A DNA stretch of 64,000 nt from the human T2T-CHM13v2.0 reference genome, Homo sapiens: NCBI RefSeq assembly GCF_009914755.1, contig NC_060942.1. One strand, given 5' to 3'. This document shows positions 26,044 through 39,597 of this stretch, in pieces. The translations under genes and the position numbers were made by a program. The notes beneath the pieces are model-generated. The model was not told the origin of the DNA. It worked only from the letters and a program-made list of their open reading frames with translations, and ran no database searches. Numbering within the stretch: the first letter of the stretch is position 1; each line of letters opens with the position of its first letter.

Positions 26044-27158
26044 GTGGGTGCGCCCCAGACACGGGTGGCCGCGAGGGGCCGGGCCGGGGCTCTCTGCTCT
26101 TAGATAAGACCACCTGGCTGACCCCCTGGCACTGCCAGAATGTCGGTTTTTTTGCCCTATGCATCGTGGCGCTTTCCTCTCTTTGCATGAAGCCCAGCAG
26201 GTGTAACCAGCACGAAAAAATCCCATTTTGCAATAAGGAAGCTGAGGCTCAGAGAGGTTAAGTAACCTGCCTTTTGATAGCAGCACAGAGATATAGAGAC
26301 CCAGACCCGGTTAACTCTAGAGCCGTCCCTTTGCTACCACCCGGTAAACGATTCCTCTGGAGGGGCTCTGACTACAGACCTTCCTAAATAGCACCGTTCC
26401 TGAGGACCTACTATGTGCTGTGTGGGTGCTAGGAATACACTGATGAATATGGCATGGTCCCCTGCCCTGCAGTGCGTGCTGAGCGGTAGACAGATCATTG
26501 CAATGTGCTATGAGAAGGGCTCTCCTCAACCCTACCTCTGCAGAAGCCAGAGGAAGGTATGCCTCCCTCTGGTGGGGCATCTGGAGAAGGCTTCACACAA
26601 GCCGTGCTGGGAGAGCTAAATAAAAATATGTAAGTAGGCATGAGCTAGGAAAACAAGGAGAAACGCTCTTCCTAGCAGAGATCATGGTGGATTGACTAAC
26701 AGGGTGTCCTGAGATTGCCACTCCTGCTGTCTCTGATCTGGATCAGAAATCTGCCCTGTGCCCCAGAGAGGGAGGGAGCTTCTTGGAGCCCCTCAGAACC
26801 CCCAGGTCCATAGCACTAGGCTCACACTCTAGTGAGATCAGACTTTGTCACAGTGGCCCTGGCTGCTGCTGTGGCCACAATGGCTTTCTTGCCCGTTTCT
26901 TGGAACTCATCAAGTGTTTTGTGCTCAGGGTGCTCAGAAGAACGGACTTTTTACTGGATTGCTCCTCAGTCCACCCCTCTCCTCACTAACTCCCCAGCAG
27001 GGTTCCATGGCACAGCTTCACACCCTGCTAGTCTGCTGTTTGCTTCAAAAACAGTGGTTTCCTCGAGACCCCTTCCACATGGCATGGGTGGGGGTGGGCG
27101 CACAGGCTGCAGACTGCGGTGGAGATTCATGCCTGCTCTCTTGCTGTCCCTCCCACAG

Positions 27159-27189
27159 AGCATCTGGACACCCCGGACACCCCACCACG
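27159..27189 (+). CDS. SIGLEC15: SIGLEC15 coding exon 5 (EHLDTPDTPPR)
   Basis: Acceptor ctgtccctcccacag|, donor CG|gtaagt; 31 nt, phase 1 to 2. Confidence 0.93.
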
Positions 27190-27909
27190 GTAAGTGAGCT
27201 CCCCGCCTCCACCCTACCCTACCCCACCCACCTAGTCCTCATCACCCAGGGGGTCCAGGCAGGAGAAGGAATAAATGGCAAAGGGCTGGGGCTGGGGTCC
27301 TACTTTGACCAGGGGCTGGGCCTTCCTTGCAGCCCACCAAGGCACCCCTCTTGCAGCCTGCCAAGGTCTTCCCTGGACAGACCAAGCCTCGCTGACCTGC
27401 TCCTCCCCCACGACTCCAGGCTGTGTTTCTTCCTGTAGTTTCCCCTCCACATTCTTGAACAGGCAGATTCATACAAAAACCACATTGGGGACACTCATCC
27501 CCGTTCCCCCCTGGCACTCTGCTGAAGGCTTTGCAAACAAAATCTCTAGAGGTTCTGAGAGCCTAGGTGAGGGGCCCAGAGACCCCTAGGAAATCACTGA
27601 CTCCTGGGTCATACTCTCCTCTTCTGTGGCATCCACCCATGTGAAGGCTGGTGTTGAAGGAGAAAGAACTCAATTCATAGACCCTGTACAGGCTGGGCCT
27701 GATCCTGGCAGAGGGTAGGAGTGGGAGGAGGAGCCTAGGCACTCCCATAACTCCACCCACCTGTGCCCTGAAGGCTGGAGGTGCCACACTGCTGGTGGCC
27801 CCACTCATCAGCTGCCTGCCGATCTCTCCACAGTCCCACAACCTGTCCTGTGTCCCTGTTTGCTGATTTACTGTCGCACCAACGCCCCTGAATCTGAAAG
27901 CCGACCGTT

Positions 27910-28800
27910 GTTCAGTCATTTAACAAATACTTATTGAGTACCTACTGCATACCAGGCACTGGTACTAAAGACACAGCAAGATCCCTGACCTCACAGAACT
28001 CATATCCTATTGTGGAGAATTTTAATAAATATGGAAACACGCCACCTGACATCGTAAAGTAAGAGCTGTGAAGGAAATGGACACGTGATGCAGCAGATTC
28101 CCTGGGGAGGGGGCCCGCTGCTGGGCTGAGGCTGCTTTAGATCAAGTTCTCTTGGAGGACATGACATTGAGGGGACCTGAGGATGGAGGCTGGGGCCTGG
28201 GCAGGTAGGAGCGGTGGAGTTCCAGAGAGCAAGCCCCACTAGAGTGTGGACGTAAGACAGGGACAGTAGGGGCAGCCCGGGAGAGGAAAAGGCAAGTAGA
28301 AAGACTCAGGTGAGGCCCAGAAAGGAGGCAGGCATTTCTGGAGGGTGGACGGGAGGAAGGCAGGAAAGGCGTGGGGGTTATTGTGGGTGCAATGGGAAGT
28401 CACTGAATGGTTTTAAGCAGATGCATGGCTCCATCAGAACAAGCTGGCCCAGGAGACTTGGTTGCAGGCCGTTGGCAAGGCTGAGGCTGGCTTGGCTGTT
28501 TGGACAAAGGTGCAGGGGTGGCGGTGGGGAGGTGGGTAGACGGGAGGCAGGGCTTGCCCAAGAGCCCAGTGGGCAGCACACAGTGTGAGAGGGAGCCAGG
28601 CTGCCGGGGTTGGGAGCCTGAGCCCTGGGTCCCACTTCCTGAGATAAAGACAAGAGGAGAAGAGAGTGGGGCGGGTGTGAGGGTCATGCGTAGCACAGTG
28701 GACATTGAGATTTGAGATTCCCACTGAGATGTCCTAGGGGAAGTCAGGAAAGCAGTTGGGGACCAGGAGGCCAGGCCGGAGATTCCGATTTGTAGGTCAG
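27910..28800 (-). mobile_element. L2 fragment
   Basis: cattTAACAAATACTTATTGAGTACCTACT...ccaggcactg antisense L2 3' end, followed by decayed L2 body. Confidence 0.7.
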
Positions 28801-29053
28801 GGACATGGAGCCAGTCTTGAGGCCTCAGACAGAGATAGCAACTCTATGGTCTGGGCTGCCCTGGCCTTTGGGGGCCCCTCCCTATTCCTGACTCTGCCCA
28901 GCCTCCGATGCCATTCATCTCTGAGCCCTGCCGGTTCCAGCCGCACTGCTCCCCAGAATGTCTCCTCTTCTTGGCCCACTGCTGGCATATAGTTTGGGCA
29001 GTTGTGGACCTCCCACCTGTTTGGATGATCATTCAACTTTCTCCTGTCCACAG

Positions 29054-29135
29054 GTCCCAGGCCCAGGAGTCCAATTATGAAAATTTGAGCCAGATGAACC
29101 CCCGGAGCCCACCAGCCACCATGTGCTCACCGTGA
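29054..29135 (+). CDS. SIGLEC15: SIGLEC15 last coding exon (SQAQESNYENLSQMNPRSPPATMCSP*)
   Basis: Acceptor ctttctcctgtccacag|; TGA ends at 29135; exon total 52+60+384+378+31+82=987 nt; ITIM-like SNYENL. Confidence 0.95.
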
Positions 29136-29371
29136 GGAGTCCCTCAGCCACCAACATCCATTTCAGCACTGTAAAGAACAAAGGCCAGTGCGAGGCTTGG
29201 CTGGCACAGCCAGTCCTGGTTCTCGGGCACCTTGGCAGCCCCCAGCTGGGTGGCTCCTCCCCTGCTCAAGGTCAAGACCCTGCTCAAGGAGGCTCATCTG
29301 GCCTCCTATGTGGACAACCATTTCGGAGCTCCCTGATATTTTTGCCAGCATTTCGTAAATGTGCATACGTC

Positions 29372-29409
<38 letters not shown>
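29372..29409 (+). repeat. (TG)10(AG)9 compound microsatellite in the SIGLEC15 3'UTR
   Basis: Read directly. Confidence 0.95.
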
Positions 29410-30380
29410 TACACGCATTAGCTTGAGCGTGAAACTTCCAGAAATGTTCCCTTGCCCTTTCTTACCTAGAACACCTGCTATAGTAAAGCAGACAGGAAAC
29501 TGTTTACAGGGCCTGGAGGCCCAGTCTTGTCCTCCTCTGTCACCGACTTGCTGTGTGGACCTGGGACACTCTCTTCACTTCTCTGGGTCTCAATTCATTT
29601 ACTGTTGAACACGGACAATCATATTCTTCCCTCCTGGCTGGGAGGACTACAAAGATCTGAGGAAATAATGGATATGAAGGGGCTTTGGAAAGTACAAAGC
29701 CATCTTCTCATGAGGGGCATGACAGAACCCTCTTTGCAGAGTGACCTTTGGACGTGCAGTCAGTTCTTGGAGAAGTGTGGCCCCTGCAGCAGTGTCACGG
29801 AGAACACAGAGTTCCAGAGAGCAAGCCTGGGGCAGGGGCTGTGCAAACGTGTGGTCAGAGGAACATCAAATCCTGGAAACTTGGTGGCAGGGAGAGGCCT
29901 GGGGCCTTTACCCCATGCCCCCTGGGATCTCCACTGTGACTGTCCCACACCCTCTGCCCAACTCTTGCCCCATCAGCTGCCCTGCATTGCCTTGAGCTGG
30001 GACCCCTAGGAAATGGAAACCAGGCTCCCCTCTCTCAAGGTATCTGGGAACCACTGTCTCAGGAGCTGAAGCCAGGAGACCTGAGGGGAGGTCTGGCCGG
30101 AGAGTCCGTGCGTAAAGCAGCTACAGCTCTGACCTCTCTGACCTGCAGCCTCTCAGGGCGTGCGAAGTCCAAACGCACTGGCAACTTCACCCCCTTTGCC
30201 CTAACGCGGGCAGGCTGACTTGGAGGGGTGCTTCCCTATTTACACCTCAGGGTGAATTTGTTGATCACCTTAGCTCCTGTGGTCCTTGGGGCTTAGGGAG
30301 AGGAGGGAGGCATGCCTGGGTCCCAGGTAAGCTGGCAAGAGGAAAGGGCCACAGGCTAGGGGAATAACGAGGCCATGAAC

Positions 30381-31510
<1,130 letters not shown>

Positions 31511-33192
31511 AAGAGGCAGTGATGCTTTTTCCAGGGAGACGGTCTGAAGGTCAAGGGATCTTCACAAGATCTTCACAAGTTATTATGCAGGCCAGTGGGT
31601 TGCAAAGCTCCACTCCTCACCAGAGCCTTCACCAGGGCAAGAGGTGGCTCCTAATTAACCTTGGGATTCATCCAGGAGCCTGTCTGAGCTGTTAAGAGGT
31701 CACAGGAGCAGGCTTGTGTACCTCCTTGTATGGGGATGCTTTGGGGCACCTCTATGGAAAGTCCTGCATGACCAGGGAAGAAGTTAAGGACACAGGAGTG
31801 GTGTGTATTGGAACATCTGCCTGGTCTTTGAGGCCAGTTTCACAGCCAAGAAAAATTGCAATAGGAATTATTTCTTAAGTATCTGCTTTGTGCTCTATCA
31901 CCTCAATACCATTACCACATTTGAGATCATTAACATGAATGCAGTATCATTTTACAGTCCGTATTCAGATTTCCACGACTGTCTTCAAAATGTCCTTTTG
32001 AAGTTTGTTGTTTCTAAGCAGGAAGCAGTTGACTCCAGGTGATTCTTAAGCTAACGGTTGAGACTGCAGCTCTGGGTGCACCTGGCATTGGCATGATGGT
32101 GCAGATGTGTAACGGTGCCAGGTAATCAGCTGGTGCTAGCTGATACATACCCTTCTGCGGTACTTGCATTTTGAAGAGGGCTTCTTGGGACTGGAAGAAG
32201 CGCCATTCCTCAGAGAGACATGCCTCTGTTGGCATGGTTTCAGATGCAGTGAGAGGCTGTGGGAAGCATGTTGAGGAGGGTCGGCCAGCTGGCACCCCCT
32301 TTAACAACGGCACACAGTGCACAGGCAGCCCCCAGCTTGGCCTCCTGATAAAGCCGCTGCTCCTAGGGTCAGAGGGGAGGGTGGTGAGGGGACAGCACTC
32401 GGCCCTCCCCAGACCCTCTGGGCTGCTCTTGGAGCCTGGCACTGTCCCTGTAAGAGGTCTGGGTGGAGCAGAGCTGTCTGTCTTCCCCCACCCGCCCTCT
32501 CAGAGTACTCAGGCTCTGTCACTGGCAACAAAGACCAGAGACACGAGCGGCAGGCTGAGTCAGCATGGTGTCCTGCGGCACGGAGTCAAGGAGAGAAATG
32601 ACCCAGAAGACTCGGTGTTTTCAAGATTGGACTTCCTGTTGTAGTGCAGGGCACAGCGTTCCATGAACATGCTCTTCCCAGGGGCTTCTGACAGGCAGGC
32701 TGCGGCCTGCAGGCTTTGCTCTGTGGTCAATGCCCACCAGACTTTGAAGACAGCAGTGAGAGGAAGTGGCCGGCAACTACCTGGGTGATCTCCTGGGTCC
32801 ACCAGGAGCCCAACACACTTTCCCTGCTGCCAACTGAAATTTAAAACTAGATGTAGCTACGTGAGAAGAAACCGCCCAGGGGATAATCTATGGTGAAAGT
32901 AGGCCCTGCCTTGAGATGGAAATGAGTTGGCTGGAGACACCATGGGCTGAGTTTTCACTTGTACCTCACTGGTCAGACAGGACAAGAGAGCCAGGGTCAG
33001 GGTGGGTGCTTGGTCCCCCACCAGTCACAGAAGCCTCAGGCTGGAAGGCTCTTTAGACAAGAGTCAAGCGTCCGGGTTTTGTCCCGGCTCCAGTGCTGGC
33101 CACTAAAGTCCAGTCCCACCCCCTCTTCAATAACAGCCCCTCATGTTTCTGGGCCCCCTGTGATCCTCAAAGCCCTGTAAGATCCCAGTGGA

Positions 33193-33495
<303 letters not shown>

Positions 33496-33584
33496 GATCT
33501 CGGGGGTTCTAAGAGCCCAGCAGGTAAGACTGGAATTATACTCATTTTAAAATGAGGAAAAGCCCCCAGGGAGGAAAGAGATCT

Positions 33585-33799
33585 TGTTACCAGAAAGGGG
33601 TCCCGATCCAGACACTAAGACAGGGTTCTTGGACCTCGAGCAAGAAAGAATTCAGGGTGAGTCCACAGTGCAAAGCAAAATCAAGTTTAAGAAAGTAAAA
33701 GAGTAAGAAAATGGCTACTCCATAGGCAGAGCAGCCCCGAGGGCTGCTGGTTGCCCTTTTTTTTGGTTATTTCTTGATTATATGCTAAACAAGGGGTGG
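33585..33799 (-). mobile_element. MER41-family ERV1 LTR, 3' fragment
   Basis: tgttaccagaaaggggtcccgatccagac...gggttcttgga...caagaaagaattcaggg...ataggcagagcagcc is the reverse of the MER41 3' end. Confidence 0.75.
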
Positions 33800-34576
33800 C
33801 AAAGAAAGACCAAGAGAGAAAAGGGCTGTCTTCAGAAGAGAAGCATTTTCGGAGAAAGATCGTTTCTTTCAGAGGGTCCCCACAAAGATGCCCACTGGTC
33901 TGGAGACAGCTAACTTGGCTGCTGCACTAGAAGGAAGTGAGACAACCTGCCTCTAGGCCACTTTCCAACCCTTCAATCTTGTGGTTCCATCTGGTTTAAA
34001 AAGCTGCCAAGCTTAGACAAGGGTGAGGGAGACATACCCCACTCCCAGAAAGGCCTGTCCCTAAGGAATCCCAAATTGGTTTAATTCTCAAATGGAATGT
34101 GCAGACCCTTCTCCACACCTTGGCCCATTCAAAGTGCATCTTACAAATGTGAGTGAAAAATAACACTAAAGAGAACTCCCTGGGCATCCCACCACTGAAG
34201 GTGGATTTCCCCAGCAGACCATGACCAAGCTGGGGTTACACTGCCAGAAGCACCCCCACTCCCACCTCATTTGTGCAATTTTTATGGCCCTGCTCTTACC
34301 AAGCTCAAGGCCACATCACAGACCCTCCTGACCTCTCTGAGATCAGCAGGTGGCCTCCTGTCCCTGCCAATTCTGAAATTCTCAAGTTAAAACTTCTCTT
34401 TGAAATTAGAGGCCTCACCCATCGTGGTGAAAGGTCACAAAATAACTATTCTATCCATTACGAAGTTTCTCATATAAAATTTTTCTTATTGTGGTTTAAT
34501 GTATGAAAAGACTGTCAACCAACTTGCAGGAAACAATGAGACAGGCCCGCCATGTGTAAATTAAATTCGAATCTAG

Positions 34577-34582
34577 TTTATT
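34577..34582 (-). terminator. EPG5: EPG5 distal polyadenylation signal AATAAA
   Basis: TTTATT on +; UGUA upstream (~34652); GU-rich downstream element (tgtctcattgtttcc...gttggttg); AU-rich terminal UTR. Confidence 0.8.
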
Positions 34583-35495
34583 TGCAGAATTTTACTTAAC
34601 CAGTTGTCATTTCTTCCTGTTTCTCACCATTATATAAAAACTTACCCTTTGTACAAGTATGAAAAATGTGGAACAATGAATAAGTAGTGAATATTGCACA
34701 TTTAATGTCCAAAATAAAGTTGTGGTTTTTAAAGGTCACACTAGATATGTGGGAAGAAAACGAGTTGAACACACTTAAGTATGTGTCTCCACATAAGTGA
34801 TTTTAAACTATTGAAAGAAAAATAAATTCTATCAGTGCTCAATGAGAGACAGTACATCTGTACATTAAAAAATAAAAGTTATAATCAACAACATTCCTTC
34901 GCAATTTCATTATCCCAAAAGAGGATCAGTAGTATAATTATTTTTTTTTCAAGTTATTTTCATCAGGAATCAGGAACCTACCAGAGTGAAGGAAACCTCA
35001 AATACAGCTACTCCTGGACACTGATGCCCGAGGCATGCTGTGGAAACCGGACCAAAATGAAGTCTGCGTTAGTAAGTCTAGAACTTTACCCAGCACAACC
35101 CAGACACAAATGGAAGATGGTAGAAGGGGATACTTTCTTTTAATCAACACACTTATTTCCCAACATTATATTCTCCATTTTGCTTAATAAGACAAAGTTA
35201 ACTGATCAGAAAAATGATCAGCTACTATCTCAAAATGAGCTGTACAGTTGGCCCAAAATGAAGAGCAGGCAGTAGTAGAGGATTAAGGGCAAAGTGCCTT
35301 GTTGTTAGGCCTGTCATGAAGATGTGGGGTGAGATCTGTCTTGGGCAACAACTGATATTAAGCTGAGGTCTGCAGTCTCAACTTGCCACTAGCTTAATGT
35401 GCCTCCCATGGGGCACAGCTACTGAAAGCTGATGCTGCCCAAGCATTTAGGGAGATAATTATGCCACTTGGACCACACTGGTGCGACTCTAACCC

Positions 35496-35634
35496 CAGGG
35501 CTGGGGCCAGAATGAGGTAAAGGAGGCACCACGGGGGTAAACCCAAGGAAGCACTCTCTTGGCACCTGCAAGCAAGCACCAACTTAAATGTATGCCCCAG
35601 GTGCCTCATTTGTCTCACCCTAGCCCTGGCCCTG
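35496..35634. mobile_element. hAT-Tip100 MITE (MER91-like) in the EPG5 3'UTR
   Basis: Terminal inverted arms 35496-35530 and 35600-35634, 27/35 identical; degenerate TSD ctaaccc/ctaatcc. Confidence 0.7.
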
Positions 35635-35750
35635 CTAATCCGGGGCACACCCCTTTTAGGATAACACGGACTAATTTGGACACTTTCCCCAAACCGTAGC
35701 CCAGTTAGACATGATGGTGGAAAAGGTCTAACTAAAGACATTGCAGGGGA

Positions 35751-36073
<323 letters not shown>

Positions 36074-39000
36074 TTAGCCTAAGAGGTGAGGGGTGGGGTG
36101 GAAGTGGTGTTAGACATGTGATGAAAACTGAAAATATCTAAAGGTCTGCCTCAAGGAGGGGCAAGAGAACAGCCCCAGCCTGAACTGCTCTGGACAGAAC
36201 CACGACCAATAGGCAACGTAGAAACATCTTGGTTCAATAGAAAGCAGAACTACAGAGCCTGCGGATGGCAGCCTAGGCCTGCCCATCACAGGCTGGACCA
36301 CCAGGCACTGGACAGGGGCAGAGGAGAGGCAGGAGGATCCCTGCAGAGTGAGAGGGGCACTAGATGAACGTGAATGACCCTTCTGACTGTAAAAGTCTAC
36401 GATTCCAGGACATTTGCTTCCTGCTCCAGAAGAAAGAATTTCAGGAATAAAAACTCAGTGAAAAAGTATATATCACCTTCATTTGAAAGGAACGAGGACA
36501 TGAACACTCTTGGCTTGTATGACATGTACACACTGATTTTGATGATGAACTGAGAGGAACCAGGAGGCCGTCACTTGGTTGAAAGGAAGTTAGGCTGGTC
36601 TATGGGTTTTCATTTTCTGGACTAGGCTTTCCCCAACCTCAAAGAAGTGAGAGACGCAGGCACACAACCCCAGTGGGGCAGAGGCATGCGATGTCTGAGC
36701 CAACAAAGGATGGTGAGACTGAGAAATGAGTCACGCCTTGGAGCTGAGGTCCCGAGTGTGCAGGAAGGAGCTTTGGAAACATGTACAGGTGGGTCCCGAA
36801 TCCACTGCTACTGTCATGCTATGTAGACAGTTGTGTAGACACATCTGGCAGGACCTCCCTCCCTCTATGTCTGGTGTGTTCCAGCATTCTGCCCTTCACT
36901 TGTTCTATTAATAGGCAGTGGGACAACATGATTCCGGGATGCAGCCTGTCTCTGCAACCCACCTGTGCACTGCAGCATGGGGAGTGATGGAGAGGGAGAG
37001 AGATGTTTTTCATGGCAACCAGAATCCTGCCTCCTCCTGCTCCCAGGAAGCTGTTAGACATCTTTATTTGGTCCCGATGCCACTGTTGGCCACCCTGTGG
37101 TGAAGTCTGGAGCCTGCAGCCGTTCGCCCTCCACGCTGCTCAGTCCACAGGGCCTTGGTCTTGCTTGATTCCCGTCTTGATGTGCGGCACCCATCACTGA
37201 TTCTGAAACCACAGCCCCGTGCTCTCTGGAGGCCAACAATTTTTTCAAGCCAAGGCTCATTACCCCTGCAAGCCAACAGGCGGGCTGGTCTCTCTGCCGC
37301 CCTTCTTTCCCAGGAGGCTACAGCAGCATGGCCATGTCTGAACTAGCTCAGTGTCTTTATAGCACGTTCCTAGCCCAGAGTTTCCCATAGACACCTAGGA
37401 GTTGAGTCAACCTTCCAAGGTTAAGCAAGAAAGAGTTAAAGAGGAAGCGCTTTCACTGACCATCTCTGATTATTAATGAAGTTCAATGTCAAATAAATTA
37501 AATGACATCAGGCATAAAAACCTACAGCAACTTTAACAGCTGAAACACTTTACAAGATAGTGTGATATCCCTATAATTTGGTTTTTAAACAGTTACAACC
37601 AAAGATAAATGATTTTATTTTTTATAATTTTTACAGACCAAAAAACATTATACAGATTAATCATAATTTTCTTTAAAATGTGCATACTGTCACTCAAAAA
37701 TTTCACATCCTAGGATATCAGTAATTATATCCTCCTCAAAGAAAACACAAAATATTTCCAAACAAAAATCGCTGTTGCCAGATCAGACTATTAAATTGTC
37801 CACAGCTTCTCAAATTTTCTTATACAGAGAACAAGATGATTAATTTTGAAAACGGAGAGAAGCAAAAATAAGAAAAGCTGAGACAGATCCCTCTGAGACG
37901 GACATTTTGTGGCCTGTAAAACTCAAGAGACTAAACAGGGATGTTCTTTATCAGAGCTGCAAAGCGTGTCTTTAAGGCAGAATCGTTCTGTCCAAGTAAA
38001 GAAATTCAAAGTAAAGAAAAGCTCCTACCAACTTCCCAATTTTGGGGGAAGCATTCCAAAAGGACATTTGAGGAGAGATTAGCACTCTGTTAACTATATT
38101 CCTATACCCCTATAAACATTCTTGGTGGCTGTTTAGACATTTTTAGGTAAATATTCTCAGGCTACAGACTACCCATACACAAAGACATATTAAGCCAGCT
38201 ATGCAGGCAAAATCCATCTAGAGCTGATAGAATGAGGAACGTGGGAACAGAAGTCAAACTGCTCATTCCCAGGAGAAATAACATGAGCAAGAAGATGGCC
38301 ACAGAACAAGGCAAAGTTACACACAGGCTTTGGTAATGAATGAACTGTCAACAACAGAAGGCACGTGGCTATGGAAAAAAAGCCAAATTTCAGTAGATCT
38401 CCCGACCTGACCCAGTTTCCACAGACAAGTGTTTCAGCAGGTCCATTGGCTTCATCTGAGTTTGAAGTTAAAAAACAAGCAGGGAACAGAGAATCAGGTC
38501 TTCAGTCTCCCTCAGTCTCTGTCTCCTGACACTGAGCCTTTCAGATATCGAACATGGTGTCTATCAAAGGGTGCAAACTTAGGTGTCGACAGGGGCAAGT
38601 GATGTGAATGAGGCTAGGGTCAGGGCCCGAGGGAATGCACAGACTCTCCCGACTAGAGAGAGGCAGCCCTGTCTGCACTCCTCACCAAGTGGACCAAACA
38701 AAACATCTGTGCAAAACATGCTCCTCCCAGACTGCCAGCTTGCCATCCTGATTCAGACAGGCAGCTTCTCCATGAGGATACACGGCTGGATGGAAATTGA
38801 CTTGTCATCATCTCTACTGCCCACTATAATCACGATCAAGTGGTCGTATTTTACACATGACCCACTTTAACTAACTCGGCATTTTTATCTCCCTTCTGAG
38901 AAAAACAATACTTTAAAACTATTGTATTTGTCCACATTTGAGAAATGCAGAAATTTTTCAAAATTGACTTCTTTACTTTGGAGGAACACAAATGGGGTTT

Positions 39001-39228
39001 AAAAGTAAGGGTACTGAGTGACTTCCAAGGTTGTCAGATCTGGAACATTTACATAAAACAGAGACAGAAGTGGAAACATACAAAGAACTCCATCTGGAGG
39101 TCTTGTGAGATGACTGGGACATTCGGCAACTGTGAGTGGCTCTGCACCCAAGTGGAACTTAGTAAGTTTCTCTTGTGGATAAATATAAAAACTTAAAGAG
39201 TCCCCAGAAGGTCTTAAGAGCTAAGAAA

Positions 39229-39252
39229 ACACACACACACACACACACACAC
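39229..39252 (+). repeat. (AC)12 microsatellite, read as (GU)12 in the EPG5 3'UTR
   Basis: Read directly. Confidence 0.95.
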
Positions 39253-39414
39253 CCCAAAATTATCTAATATCTAACGCCTCCCAACTTGCATCTCAGTCAA
39301 CTACACATTGGCCAAACTGAGCTCTACAGTGCAATTGAGCAAAGTTACTTGTGCAACAGCAAAGTTAAATGTAAACATAAACAGCAATGGGTTTTTCAAG
39401 AGCCTCAGTGTTAA

Positions 39415-39597
39415 CTATCGTATGTGGTCCAAATAATGCACTTCTGGATACAGACAGTTAACGAGAAGAGCCAAGAAGCTTTTCCCATCTTGAAGGCAAT
39501 GGCCAGGATGCCTTATAAATTGGGTGGCTTGCAATATTTGATCCTGGTATTCAACATACTGCTTACTTGATGCCATGGATTCAAGAGCATTCAGAGC
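39415..39597 (-). CDS. EPG5: EPG5 last coding exon 44 (ALNALESMASSKQY...YPEVHYLDHIR*), autophagosome-lysosome tethering factor
   Basis: Acceptor gtgtcttttag|; 60 codons plus TAG at 39417-39415; C-terminus recognised as EPG5. Confidence 0.95.
   Translation of the reverse strand, partial: ALNALESMASSKQYVEYQDQILQATQFIRHPGHCLQDGKSFLALLVNCLYPEVHYLDHIR

Larger units (their letters stand above)
24210..26090. promoter_or_regulatory. Intragenic CpG island(s) over SIGLEC15 exons 3 and 4
   Basis: Very dense CpG and high GC at ~24210-24910 and ~25640-26090 against CpG-poor flanks; judged by eye. Confidence 0.8.

Noticed and set aside
24291-26286. Overlapping alternate-frame and antisense ORFs over SIGLEC15 exons 3-4
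   Set aside because: Expected scarcity of stops in very GC-rich DNA; no recognisable domain
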